Source: an uncultured Gemmatimonadales bacterium (GTDB lineage: Bacteria > Gemmatimonadota > Gemmatimonadetes > Gemmatimonadales > GWC2-71-9). Taken from it: DNA of 64,000 nucleotides. Under the pieces are notes generated by a model, which saw only the letters and a list, made by a program, of their open reading frames with translations, did no database searches and was not told where the DNA came from. The DNA lies in assembly GCA_963771275.1 (NCBI GenBank), contig CAVYSW010000010.1:608001-672000 (forward strand), written 5' to 3'. The position numbers and the translations under genes are program-made. Below are positions 51,559-61,055 of the stretch, piece by piece; position 1 is the stretch's first letter, and each line of letters starts with the position of its first letter.

Positions 51559-51580
51559 TCACGAAACCGCAGAGCGCACG

Positions 51581-52189
51581 ATGCCGCTGACGCGACGCCA
51601 GAAGCAGATCCTCGACTTCCTCGAAAGTTACATCGCGACAAACGGGTACGCCCCGTCGTTCGACGAAATCGCGGAGCACTTCACCTTCAGTTCTCTGGCC
51701 ACGGTCCACGAGCATCTGACCAACCTCGAGCGCAAGGGCTACATCCGGCGGACCCACAACGAGAGTCGCGCGATCGAGCTGGTGCCCGCGCCCGGGCAGG
51801 CCTGGGCCACCGAGCTGCCGCTGCTCGGTCAGGTCGCCGCCGGCGAGCCGATCGAGGCGGTGCCGCAGCGAGAGACGATCGCCGTGCCCAACGATCTGCT
51901 GCCCCGGCGCGGGTCTGCCTACGTTCTGCGCGTGCGCGGCGACTCGATGATCGACGAGCACATCGAAGACGGCGACTACGTGGTCGTACACAACCGCAAC
52001 GCGGCCGACAACGGGCAGATGGTCATCGCGCTGATTCAGGGCACGTCGGCGACCGTGAAGCGCCTGTACCGCGACGCCGGCGGGTGGGTCCGCCTGCAGC
52101 CTGCCAACGAGCGGATGCAGCCAATCCGGGTGCACGAAGACGATGTGCTGATTCAGGGCGTCGTCGTCGGGGTCATTCGGAAGTACTGA
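51581..52189 (+). CDS. lexA: SOS repressor LexA
   Basis: LTRRQKQIL wHTH, GYAPSFDEI, VAAGEP (Ala-Gly cleavage site), GDSM (Ser), TVKR (Lys). Confidence 0.97.
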   Translation: MPLTRRQKQILDFLESYIATNGYAPSFDEIAEHFTFSSLATVHEHLTNLERKGYIRRTHNESRAIELVPAPGQAWATELPLLGQVAAGEPIEAVPQRETIAVPNDLLPRRGSAYVLRVRGDSMIDEHIEDGDYVVVHNRNAADNGQMVIALIQGTSATVKRLYRDAGGWVRLQPANERMQPIRVHEDDVLIQGVVVGVIRKY

Positions 52190-53246
52190 TTCCGGCTGCC
52201 TGCCGGAAGTCCGCCAGCACCCTGGCGGCTCGGCCGCGGTCCAGCGCCTCCGCAGCACGGCCGATGCCCTCCCGTGGCGTGGCCTCCGCCCCACCGACAT
52301 ACACGGCGAGCCCGGCGTTGAGAATCGTTGCCGCGCGGCCCTCCGGGTCGTCGGTCGGCCGGTCCAGCAGGCGCGTGATCCGGCTGGCGTTGTCCGCCGG
52401 CTCGCCGCCCCGCAGCGCCCCCAGGTCGGACTGGTCGAGGTGGTAAGCCGCGGGGTCGAGCGTCCACGTGCGGACGTCACCGCGGCGCACCTCCCAGATG
52501 AGCGTCTCGCCATGCGGCGCGACTTCGTCCATCCCCACCACTCCGTGCACCACGAGCGCGTGTTCCGTGTCCAACCGCCGCAGCGCGTCCGCCACGACCG
52601 GGCCCCGCTCGGGATCGCCGACGCCGATGATCTGCCGCCGCACCTGGGCCGGGTTCGCCAGCGGCCCCACCAGATTCATGATCGTGGCAATCGCGAGCTC
52701 GCGTCGCACCGGAGCGACGTGGCGCATCGCGGGGTGAAACGCCGGAGCGAAGAGGAACGCGATGCCGACGCGGGCCAGCAGGTGCGTCACCTGCTCTCCC
52801 GCTCGGGTGAGGTCGATCCCGAGCGCTTCGAGCACGTCGGCGGAGCCGCAACGCGACGAGTAGGAGCGGTTGCCGTGCTTCGCGATCGGAACGCCCGCCG
52901 CCGCAACGACGAAGGCCGCCGCGGTGCTGACGTTGAACGTGGGAACCGCGCCGCCACCCGTGCCGGCCGTGTCCACGGCGGGCAGCGAGGCGGGTAGCTC
53001 GACCCGGCGCATGGCCGCCCGCATCGCCCGCGCCGCCCCGGCCAGCTCGGCCCCACTTTCACCCTGGACGCGGAGACCCATGAGCAGCGCGGCGGCCCGC
53101 GTGGGAAGGGCTTCCCCGCTCATCAACAAACCGAACGCCTCCGCCACGAGGCCTTCTCCCAGGCGCTCGCCGCGTGCAAGCACGGCCAGAGCGCGTGTCA
53201 GTGCGTCGTCGAGCTCCCTGGGAGGCGGCTGGGATCGAGCGGTCAT
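52173..53246 (-). CDS. trpD: Anthranilate phosphoribosyltransferase
   Basis: DTAGTGG, FNVST, AKHGNRS, GSADVLEALG, FHPAM, GPLANP, GMDE. Confidence 0.96.
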   Translation of the reverse strand: MTARSQPPPRELDDALTRALAVLARGERLGEGLVAEAFGLLMSGEALPTRAAALLMGLRVQGESGAELAGAARAMRAAMRRVELPASLPAVDTAGTGGGAVPTFNVSTAAAFVVAAAGVPIAKHGNRSYSSRCGSADVLEALGIDLTRAGEQVTHLLARVGIAFLFAPAFHPAMRHVAPVRRELAIATIMNLVGPLANPAQVRRQIIGVGDPERGPVVADALRRLDTEHALVVHGVVGMDEVAPHGETLIWEVRRGDVRTWTLDPAAYHLDQSDLGALRGGEPADNASRITRLLDRPTDDPEGRAATILNAGLAVYVGGAEATPREGIGRAAEALDRGRAARVLADFRQAAGISTSE

Positions 53247-53254
53247 AACGGGGA

Positions 53255-53284
53255 ATCGTACGCCCGCACTGATGTGGGTGTCAA
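53255..53284 (-). promoter_or_regulatory. Sigma70 promoter of trpD
   Basis: TTGACA (53284-53279), 18 bp spacer, TACGAT (53260-53255); 8 nt upstream of the ATG. Confidence 0.7.
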
Positions 53285-53305
53285 CATCGCAACTCGTTGC
53301 GCTGC

Positions 53306-53334
53306 TTGTCGCTACGGAAGCCCGGCGGTAATTT
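53306..53334 (+). promoter_or_regulatory. Candidate promoter of the truA-tal-htrA-pur-psd-pssA operon
   Basis: TTGTCG (53306-53311), 17 bp spacer, TAATTT (53329-53334); 9 nt upstream of the ATG. Confidence 0.6.
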
Positions 53335-53343
53335 TCCCGGCGC

Positions 53344-54153
53344 ATGGGTGGGCACTCCTGGTACGCGGTCCTGCAGTACGCCGGTGGCGGATTCGCCGGC
53401 TGGCAGCGGCAGCGCACCGATCGCACCGTCCAGGGCGAGGTGGAAGCCGCGCTGGAACGTCTGGCTGGGGTCCGCGTCGTGACCCATGCGGCCGGACGGA
53501 CCGATGCCGGCGTTCACGCGCTCGGGCAGGTCGCCAGCTTCCGGCTGGCCCGCGCGTGGGATCCCCCCGACCTGGCGCGCGCCCTCAACGCGCTGCTCGC
53601 CGCCGACGTGTGGGTCGTGCGGGTCGGCGCGGCGCCGGACGGGTTCCACGCGCGCAAGCACGCCACCGCCCGGCGCTACTGCTACGTCGTGGGCTGCGAC
53701 CCCGCGGCGTTCTCTCCGTTTCGCCGGCGCTTCGAATGGGCGTGTGGCCGGCCGCTCGATCCTGCGGCGCTGGCTGCGGTGGCGGCCGCGTTGCGCGGCA
53801 CGCACGACTTCCGCGCGTTGTCCCGGGTCGGGCCGCCGCGACCGCACTATGACTGTACGGTGACCGCGGCAGAATGGGAGGCGCGGCCCAACGGGCAAGG
53901 CTTTATCTTTCACGTTCAGGCGGACCGGTTTCTCCATCGGATGGTGCGCTTCCTCGTGGGCATCAGCGTCGACGTGGCACTTGGGCGTCGCCCGCTCGCC
54001 GACATCGGGCGCCTGCTTGCGAGCACGCGCAACGCCGAGGCCAGTCGACCGGCGCCGCCCGAAGGTCTCTACTTCGTTGGCGCGCTGTACCCCCAGCTTC
54101 AGCTCGAAAGCGAGATCGGCCCATGCAGTTCTTTCTCGATACCGCGAACCTGA
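53344..54153 (+). CDS. truA: tRNA pseudouridine(38-40) synthase
   Basis: FAGWQRQ, TVQGEVE, AGRTDAGVHALGQ, GTHDF, FLHRMVR, APPEGL. Confidence 0.96.
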   Translation: MGGHSWYAVLQYAGGGFAGWQRQRTDRTVQGEVEAALERLAGVRVVTHAAGRTDAGVHALGQVASFRLARAWDPPDLARALNALLAADVWVVRVGAAPDGFHARKHATARRYCYVVGCDPAAFSPFRRRFEWACGRPLDPAALAAVAAALRGTHDFRALSRVGPPRPHYDCTVTAAEWEARPNGQGFIFHVQADRFLHRMVRFLVGISVDVALGRRPLADIGRLLASTRNAEASRPAPPEGLYFVGALYPQLQLESEIGPCSSFSIPRT

Positions 54154-54791
54154 CCGACATCCGGTGGGCGGCGCACGCCGGCCTGATCGACGGCATCACG
54201 ACCAACCCCACGCTGCTGGCGAAGGTCGCCGGCGACCGCGATCCGCGGAGCATTCTCAAGGAGATCTGCGACACGGTGGACGGTCCGATCAGCGCCGAAG
54301 TGGTTGCCGTGAAGGAGCACGAGATGTACGCCGAGGGCCGCGAGCTGGCGAAGCTGGCGGACAACATCGTGGTGAAGATCCCGATGATCGAGGAAGGGCT
54401 GCCGACCGTACGGCGGCTCGCGGCGGACGGCATTCGCGTGAACGTGACGTTGTGCTTCAGCGCCACCCAGTGTCTCATCGCCGCCAAAGCGGGTGCGGCC
54501 TACGTGTCGCCGTTCCTCGGACGCCTCGACGACGTCGGGCAGGACGGGATGGACGTGATCCGCGAGACGCGGGTCATCTTCGACAACTATGAGATCGAGA
54601 CCCAGATCCTCGCCGCCTCGATTCGCCATCCGCGGCACGTCACCGAGGCGGCAATGATCGGTGCGGACGCGGTGACGATGCCGACGGAGGTGCTCCGCAA
54701 GCTGCTGCTCCATCCCCTGACCGACCGCGGCCTCGATCAGTTCCTCAACGACTGGAGCAAGCTCCCGGGGCGCGCCAAGGGCACCGCGTGA
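54123..54791 (+). CDS. tal: Transaldolase (small TalC/Fsa family)
   Basis: FFLDTAN, GITTNP, SAEVV (Glu), VVKIP (Schiff-base Lys), YVSPFLGRLDD (Phe, consistent with transaldolase). Confidence 0.93.
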   Translation: MQFFLDTANLTDIRWAAHAGLIDGITTNPTLLAKVAGDRDPRSILKEICDTVDGPISAEVVAVKEHEMYAEGRELAKLADNIVVKIPMIEEGLPTVRRLAADGIRVNVTLCFSATQCLIAAKAGAAYVSPFLGRLDDVGQDGMDVIRETRVIFDNYEIETQILAASIRHPRHVTEAAMIGADAVTMPTEVLRKLLLHPLTDRGLDQFLNDWSKLPGRAKGTA

Positions 54792-56194
54792 GACGCTGGG
54801 TGCTGGGTGTCGCGCTGACGGTTGCCGCGTGCGGCGGCGCATCCTACGATGTGCCGTCGGCGCAGGCGCAGGCGCAGGCGGCGCTGCCGCACCGCACGAC
54901 GTCCCAGGCGACCGACGCGTCCCGCCGCACCGCCATCGTCACCGCCGCCGAGCGTGTGGCGCCGGCCGTCGTGAGCGTCAACGTGGTGCGGCGCCAGCGG
55001 CAGCAGGCCAACGACCTGTGGGACTTCTTCTCGGTCCCGCGGGACGCGGAGCGCACCGTCCAGGGTCTCGGCTCCGGCTTCCTGATGCCCCCCGGCGGCC
55101 TGGTCATCACCAACCAGCACGTCGTGGACGGCGCCGAGCAGATCGTCGTGACGACGCGGGACGGCAACGACTACCCCGCCAGGCTCCTGGGCGAGGATCC
55201 CCTGACCGACATCGCGGTGCTCCGGATCGACGGGGCGGACCTGCCTACGGTCCCGATCGGCTCGAGCCGTGATCTCATGATCGGCGAATGGGTGGTGGCA
55301 ATCGGGAACCCGTTCGGCTACCTGCTGGGCAACAGCGAGCCCACGGTCACGGCCGGCGTCGTGAGCGGGGTGGAGCGGAACCTCATTCCCTCCGGAGCCC
55401 AGCCCGGCATCTACGTCGGGATGATCCAGACCGATGCGGCGATCAATCCGGGGAACAGCGGCGGGCCGCTGGTCAACTCCCTTGGCGAGGTGGTGGGGGT
55501 GAACAGCTCGATCCTCTCGGCGTCGGGCGGCTCGGAGGGCATCGGGTTCGCGATCCCGATCGAGCGGGCGCTGCGGGTGGCGCGGGAGCTCAGCGAGCAT
55601 GGCGAAGTGCGCCGCGCCTGGGTCGGCCTCGACGTGGTCGGGGTCGAGGGCATGCGCGAGTGGAAGCAGCGGGGCGGGCTGGTCGTCACCGGGGTGGCCT
55701 CCGGCAGCCCGGCCGATCGGGTGGGGATCCGGGCAGGTGACGTCCTGGCCGAGTCGCGCGGCCGGCCGCTCCACACGTTTCTCGACTGGGAGGCGCTGAA
55801 GCTGGATCTGAGCCCGGGCGACACGGTCTCGGTAGCCGTGGCACGCGGGGGCAGCGCGCGGACGGTCGCGCTGCGCGTCGAGGACCTGCCCACGGCGCGG
55901 GCTGCGAAGGTCGACGTGCTGGGCGGGCTGCGGCTGGTGACCGTGACGCCCGCCGTCCAGGCCGAGCGGGGGATCCAGAGCCGGCAGGGCGCGCTGCTCT
56001 ACGACCTGCCGGAGGAAACCCAGCGGCAGACGGGCCTGCGCCCCGGCGACGTGATCCGCCAGGTTGATCGCACGCCCATCGCGCGGGCCGAGGACGTCGA
56101 ACGGGCGTTCAATGCCGCCCGGGGCGGCGCCGCCATCCGCGTGTTCTTCGAACGGGACGGACGGATGAACTTCACCGACTTCTACATCCGATGA
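54788..56194 (+). CDS. HtrA/DegP-family serine protease with PDZ domains, probable lipoprotein
   Basis: Lipobox VAAC; TNQHVV, TDIAVL, QTDAAINPGNSGG; PDZ-like C-terminus. Confidence 0.93.
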   Translation: MRRWVLGVALTVAACGGASYDVPSAQAQAQAALPHRTTSQATDASRRTAIVTAAERVAPAVVSVNVVRRQRQQANDLWDFFSVPRDAERTVQGLGSGFLMPPGGLVITNQHVVDGAEQIVVTTRDGNDYPARLLGEDPLTDIAVLRIDGADLPTVPIGSSRDLMIGEWVVAIGNPFGYLLGNSEPTVTAGVVSGVERNLIPSGAQPGIYVGMIQTDAAINPGNSGGPLVNSLGEVVGVNSSILSASGGSEGIGFAIPIERALRVARELSEHGEVRRAWVGLDVVGVEGMREWKQRGGLVVTGVASGSPADRVGIRAGDVLAESRGRPLHTFLDWEALKLDLSPGDTVSVAVARGGSARTVALRVEDLPTARAAKVDVLGGLRLVTVTPAVQAERGIQSRQGALLYDLPEETQRQTGLRPGDVIRQVDRTPIARAEDVERAFNAARGGAAIRVFFERDGRMNFTDFYIR

Positions 56195-57630
56195 CGGCCG
56201 GGCCCGGCTACGAATCGCCACTGGCCTCGCGCTACGCGTCCGCCACCATGGTTGGCCTGTGGAGCGCGGAACACCGCGCCGCCCTGTGGCGACGGCTGTG
56301 GCTCGCGCTGGCGGAAACCCAGCGGGATCTCGGCCTCGCCATTCCGGAAACGGCGCTCGCCGCCATGCGGGCGCACCTCGACGACGCGGATCTCGCACAG
56401 GTCCGGCAATACGAGCGTCGCGTGCGGCACGACGTCATGGCCCACATCCACCATTTGGGGGACCAGGCACCGGCGGCGCGCCCGTTCCTCCACCTCGGGG
56501 CGACGAGCTGTTACGTGACGGACAACGCCGACCTGATGGTGCTGCGGGAGACGTGCGGTCTGCTGCTTGGTCGACTCGATGCCCTGTTGCGCGCGCTCCG
56601 CGCCCTCGCGGTGAAGCATGCGGAGCTCCCGACGGTCGCCTACACCCACTTCCAGCCGGCGCAGCTCACGACGGTCGGCAAGCGGGCCATCCTGTGGGCG
56701 CACGACTTTGCGCTCGACGCGGACGCGCTGCTGGCCCTGCACGATGCGCTGCCGTTCCGAGGCTGCAAGGGGACCACCGGCACGCAGGCGAGCTTCCTCG
56801 ACCTGTTTGACGGCGACGAAGCCAAGGTGCGCGAGCTCGATCGCCGCGTGGCCGCGCGCTTCGGGTTTGCCCGAGCCGTGCCCGTGTCGGGCCAGACGTA
56901 CACGCGCAAGATCGACGCGCGGGTGCTGGACGGCTGGGCCGGCATCGCGCAATCGGCGGCGAAGTTCGGCACCGACCTGCGGTTGCTGCAGCACGAGGGC
57001 GAGCTGGTGGAGCCCGCCGAGCGTGACCAGGTGGGATCGAGCGCGATGCCGTACAAGCGGAACCCGATGCGGGCCGAGCGCCTCTGCGGCCTGGCGCGAT
57101 ACCTCGTCGCGCTGCGGGAGAACACGGCCTACACGGCGGCCACGCAGTGGCTCGAGCGCACCCTCGACGACAGTGCCAACCGGCGTCTGGTGCTGCCGGA
57201 TGCCGCCCTGGCCGCCGACGCGCTGCTGATCCTCGCGACCAACGTGGCGCACGGCCTCGAGGTGCGCGCCAGCGTCATCCGCCGCAACGTGGAGCGGGTC
57301 ATGCCGTTCATGGCGACGGAGCGGTGGCTGATGCTCGGCGTGAAGGCGGGGGGAGACCGGCAGGCGCTGCATGAGGTGATCCGGCAGCACAGTTGGGCGG
57401 TGAGCGACGCGGTCGACCGCGGCGAGCCGAACACGCTGCTGGAGCGACTCGGCGCCGACCCCGCTTTCGCGGGCATCGATGCCGCCGCGCTGCGCGCCGA
57501 GTTGGATCCCGCGCGGTTCGTCGGCCGCGCGCCGTCGCAGGTGCGGGAGTACGTCGCCGAGGAGCTCGATCCCCTGCTCCTCCGGCTGGTGCCCTACGTC
57601 GTCGCCGACCAGGCGGGAGTGAGCGTGTGA
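56191..57630 (+). CDS. purB: Adenylosuccinate lyase
   Basis: [41 protein letters not shown]. Confidence 0.96.
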   Translation: MTAGPGYESPLASRYASATMVGLWSAEHRAALWRRLWLALAETQRDLGLAIPETALAAMRAHLDDADLAQVRQYERRVRHDVMAHIHHLGDQAPAARPFLHLGATSCYVTDNADLMVLRETCGLLLGRLDALLRALRALAVKHAELPTVAYTHFQPAQLTTVGKRAILWAHDFALDADALLALHDALPFRGCKGTTGTQASFLDLFDGDEAKVRELDRRVAARFGFARAVPVSGQTYTRKIDARVLDGWAGIAQSAAKFGTDLRLLQHEGELVEPAERDQVGSSAMPYKRNPMRAERLCGLARYLVALRENTAYTAATQWLERTLDDSANRRLVLPDAALAADALLILATNVAHGLEVRASVIRRNVERVMPFMATERWLMLGVKAGGDRQALHEVIRQHSWAVSDAVDRGEPNTLLERLGADPAFAGIDAAALRAELDPARFVGRAPSQVREYVAEELDPLLLRLVPYVVADQAGVSV

Positions 57631-58553
57631 CTGACGTGACCCTGACCGAAAGCGCGCTGCCCCTGCCGCTCGTGCGGCGCGGCAAGGTGCGCGAAGTGTA
57701 CGCGGTGGACGGCGCCACGCTGCTGCTCGTGGCGAGCGACCGGGTGAGCGCGTTCGACGTGGTGATGCCCAATCCGATCCCCCGCAAGGGAGCCGTGCTC
57801 ACGCAGATCAGCGCCTACTGGTTCGGCGAGCTGCGCGAGGTCTTCCCGAGCCATTTCATCTCGGCCGACGTCGGCGAGATCGTGCGGCGCATCCCCGCGC
57901 TCGCCCGCCACCGGCACCAGCTGGCCGGGCGCGCCATGCTGTGCCATCGCGCCGTCCCGTTGCCGATCGAGTGCGTCGTCCGCGGGTATCTCTCGGGGTC
58001 CGCCTGGGCGGAGTACCGCGAGCACGGGACGCTGGCCGGCGAGCGGCTCCCCGCCGGCCTGGTGGAGAGCGCGCGTCTCGACCCACCGATCTTCTCGCCG
58101 GCCACGAAGGCCGAGGTGGGACACGACGAGAACATCACCGTGGCCCGCGTGCGCGAGATGGTCGGCCCCGAGGCGGCGGACCGCGTGCGCGCCGCGAGCC
58201 TTGCCCTCTATGCGGCGGGCCGGGATCGCGCGGCGACGCGCGGGATCATCATCGCCGATACCAAGTTCGAGTTCGGACGGACGGCTGACGGGCGGCTCAT
58301 CCTGATCGACGAGGTGCTCACTCCGGACTCCTCCCGATTCTGGCCGGCGGACCGGTACGCGCCGGGGCGGGGGCAGCCGAGCTTCGACAAGCAGCCGCTG
58401 CGCGACTACCTCGCGGGCCTGAAGGGAACGGGCGCGTGGGACGGCAACGCGCCCGGGCCGACGCTGCCGGCCGACGTCGTCCGTGCCACGAGCGAGCGCT
58501 ACCAGGACGCGTACCGCCGCGTGACGGGCACCGCGCTGCCCGAGACCTGGTGA
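57627..58553 (+). CDS. purC: Phosphoribosylaminoimidazolesuccinocarboxamide synthase
   Basis: [46 protein letters not shown]. Confidence 0.96.
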   Translation: MTDVTLTESALPLPLVRRGKVREVYAVDGATLLLVASDRVSAFDVVMPNPIPRKGAVLTQISAYWFGELREVFPSHFISADVGEIVRRIPALARHRHQLAGRAMLCHRAVPLPIECVVRGYLSGSAWAEYREHGTLAGERLPAGLVESARLDPPIFSPATKAEVGHDENITVARVREMVGPEAADRVRAASLALYAAGRDRAATRGIIIADTKFEFGRTADGRLILIDEVLTPDSSRFWPADRYAPGRGQPSFDKQPLRDYLAGLKGTGAWDGNAPGPTLPADVVRATSERYQDAYRRVTGTALPETW

Positions 58554-59197
58554 CGCTCGCCCGCGAAGGCCGGCCGTTTGTCGCGGGGGGGCTCGTCACG
58601 CTGGTCGTGCTCGCCCTGGCGGCCCGCCTGCTGGGTGGGGGATGGTGCTACCTCGCCCCGGCGCTGTGGCTCCCGGTCGCGCTGTGGGTCCCGCTGTTCT
58701 TCCGCGATCCGGCCCGCGCCGGTCCCCGCGGCGACCAGCTCGTCATCGCGCCGGCCGATGGGCGCGTCGTGGGCGTCGTCGCCCTGGAGGAGCCTGATCT
58801 CATCGGCGGCCCCGCGCAACGCATCTCGATCTTCATGAGCGTGTTCAGCGTCCACGTCAACCGCTACCCCGTGAGCGGCACGGTCGTGTCGCGCGCCTAC
58901 CGGCCCGGCAAGTTCGTCAACGCCTCGCTCGACAAGGCCAGCGTGGGTAACGAGCAAATGTCCCTTGGCATTCGCGGAGCGCGGGGACCGATCCTCGTGC
59001 GCCAGATCGCCGGTCTCGTGGCGCGCCGCATCGTCACCGACGGGCGCCCCGGCGACCCGGTGACCCAGGGTGAACGGCTCGGCCTCATCCGCTTCGGCTC
59101 GCGCGTGGACACCATCGTGCCGGCGGACGCCGTCCCGCGCGTGCGCGTCGGACAGCGTACCAGGGCTGGCGAGACGATCATCGCGGAGTGGCTATGA
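58550..59197 (+). CDS. psd: Phosphatidylserine decarboxylase proenzyme
   Basis: [42 protein letters not shown] self-cleavage motif. Confidence 0.94.
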   Translation: MTLAREGRPFVAGGLVTLVVLALAARLLGGGWCYLAPALWLPVALWVPLFFRDPARAGPRGDQLVIAPADGRVVGVVALEEPDLIGGPAQRISIFMSVFSVHVNRYPVSGTVVSRAYRPGKFVNASLDKASVGNEQMSLGIRGARGPILVRQIAGLVARRIVTDGRPGDPVTQGERLGLIRFGSRVDTIVPADAVPRVRVGQRTRAGETIIAEWL

Positions 59198-59988
59198 GAC
59201 GACCGGGGAGGGGGCGGTCCAACGTACGTCGCGTGGTCGTGGTGGTTCCCAGCGTGTTCACCCTCGGGAATCTCCTGTTCGGCGTCTGGTCCGTGGTCCT
59301 GTCGGCGCGCGGTGAGTTCTACCGCGCCAGCTGGTACATCGTGATCGCCGGCGTGCTCGACATGCTCGACGGCCGGGTCGCGCGCATGAGCAAGACCGGG
59401 TCACGGTTCGGCGCTGAGCTCGACTCGCTGGTCGACATCGTGAGCTTCGGGGTGGCACCGGCCGTCCTGATCCACCATCTCGTGTTCGCGACACAGGGCG
59501 GATTTGCCTGGCTGTTCGCGTACGGGTTCATCGTGTGCGCCGCCCTGCGACTGGCGCGCTACAACGTGACCGATGCGGGACACGAGCCGGCGGGGAGCTT
59601 TCAGGGGCTCCCATCTCCCGCCGCGGGCATGACGCTCGCGACCTACTATCCGTTTGCCCAGACGGCGTTCTTCCGGAGCGAGCTGGGCGACGTGCCGTGG
59701 TCCCAGGTCATGATCTTCCTGACCATGGCGCTGAGCCTAGCGATGGTCAGCACGGTGCGGTACGCGCGACTTCCCCGCATCGGCGTGCGCAGTGTGCGGG
59801 GCGTGCTGGGGCTCGCCGTCTACGTGACGATTCTCGCGTTCGGGATCTGGGCTCGGGACATCTTCTTCTTTCCCTTGGGGCTGGCGTACCTGACCTACGG
59901 CCTGCTGCGCGGCGCCGTGGTGGCGCTCCTCGAACGCGGCGACGGCGCGGAGCCGGACCCGCCACCCCGTGCGGGACCTCACACGTAG
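59194..59988 (+). CDS. pssA: CDP-diacylglycerol-serine O-phosphatidyltransferase
   Basis: PSVFTLGN, DMLDGRVAR...FGAELDSLVD motif, LRLARYN, FQGLPSP. Confidence 0.93.
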   Translation: MRRPGRGRSNVRRVVVVVPSVFTLGNLLFGVWSVVLSARGEFYRASWYIVIAGVLDMLDGRVARMSKTGSRFGAELDSLVDIVSFGVAPAVLIHHLVFATQGGFAWLFAYGFIVCAALRLARYNVTDAGHEPAGSFQGLPSPAAGMTLATYYPFAQTAFFRSELGDVPWSQVMIFLTMALSLAMVSTVRYARLPRIGVRSVRGVLGLAVYVTILAFGIWARDIFFFPLGLAYLTYGLLRGAVVALLERGDGAEPDPPPRAGPHT

Positions 59989-60126
59989 CCTGTGCGGAAC
60001 CGCACCGGCCGAGTGGATGACGGTGGATATGCGCGACGGTTCTGATTACGATACCGGTAGCGCTGCGCGGAGCATGTGCAGTTGCCCCCGTGGTGCGACG
60101 GTCAAACTCCTGCGAGGAGGCTTGGC

Positions 60127-60684
60127 ATGAACCGGCAGACTCTCACCCTCATTACCCTGGCGGGCATCGCGGCCACCGGCTGTGGCTCACCCTCAAAGGG
60201 GGGCGGCGCGGCCGACACCACGGCCAGCGCCACGAGCATGCCGTCTGCCGATACGAGTGCGCGGCCGGTCGACACGCTGGCGACGACGAGCCCCATCGCG
60301 GTGCCGCCGGCGGCGCAGGCTCAAGGCCCCACCACGCCCGCAGCGGCTCCGCCGACGGCGCCCCGCCCCGCGGCGACGGCGCTCGACGAGCCGTGGACGC
60401 CCGTGAGCACCGGTACCATCTCCCCCGGCATGGACAAGGACCAGGTCGTCGGGGTCTGGGGGCCGCCCGCGGCCGAACGCACGGTGGGCGACTGGACCTA
60501 CCTCTATTACCGGAACGGATGCGAAGCGTCGTGCGGGACTTTCGACGTGGTGTTCCTGCAGGCGGGCCGGGTGGTCGATGCGATCGTGCGCGCGCCGGGC
60601 CACACGTACGACGGCACCTCGTCCTCCCCACCGGGCCGTCAGGCGGAACCGACCGTGACGCATACGGGCGGGACAGCGGAGTGA
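60127..60684 (+). CDS. Lipoprotein with a low-complexity linker and a SmpA/BamE-like C-terminal domain
   Basis: AGGAGG SD; lipobox ATGC; Ala/Pro/Thr-rich linker; ISPGMDKDQVVGVWGPP...WTYLYY. Confidence 0.7.
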   Translation: MNRQTLTLITLAGIAATGCGSPSKGGGAADTTASATSMPSADTSARPVDTLATTSPIAVPPAAQAQGPTTPAAAPPTAPRPAATALDEPWTPVSTGTISPGMDKDQVVGVWGPPAAERTVGDWTYLYYRNGCEASCGTFDVVFLQAGRVVDAIVRAPGHTYDGTSSSPPGRQAEPTVTHTGGTAE

Positions 60685-60687
60685 TGC

Positions 60688-61023
60688 ATGCCGGACAAGC
60701 CCAGCCGGAACGAGGAAGAGTACTTCGCGCGGGCGGAAGCCGGGCGGCTCAAGGCGATGCGGGAACAGGCCGAGGCCGAGGCGCGGCGGATCGAGCGGCG
60801 GAGCCACCGCATGAAGTGTCCCAAGTGCGGCGCCGATCTGCGGGTCGAGGAGCACTGGGGTATCGAAGTGGACCACTGTCCCGAGTGTGCCGGTCTGTGG
60901 TTCGACGCCGGCGAGGCACAGCGGCTGGTGGAGTTGAACGAGCGGCAGGGCATCGGCGGCATCTTCCGCTCGGTCGTGGAAGCCGTGCGCGGGCCGTCCC
61001 GGGCGAGCAAGCCCGCGGAATGA
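60688..61023 (+). CDS. zf-TFIIB zinc-ribbon protein
   Basis: KPSRNEEEYF, MKCPKCG, EVDHCPECAGLWFDAGE. Confidence 0.88.
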   Translation: MPDKPSRNEEEYFARAEAGRLKAMREQAEAEARRIERRSHRMKCPKCGADLRVEEHWGIEVDHCPECAGLWFDAGEAQRLVELNERQGIGGIFRSVVEAVRGPSRASKPAE

Positions 61024-61055
61024 GCCCCGCCACGAGCGGTGAGGACTGATCGTTC

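Noticed and set aside
53247..53343. trp attenuator or leader peptide
   Set aside because: The predicted promoter sits 8 nt from the trpD ATG; no Trp-rich leader ORF or terminator is visible
60095..60126. c-di-GMP-I riboswitch
   Set aside because: Only a GGTCAAAC fragment resembles it; the GAAA-capped stem and the second hairpin are missing
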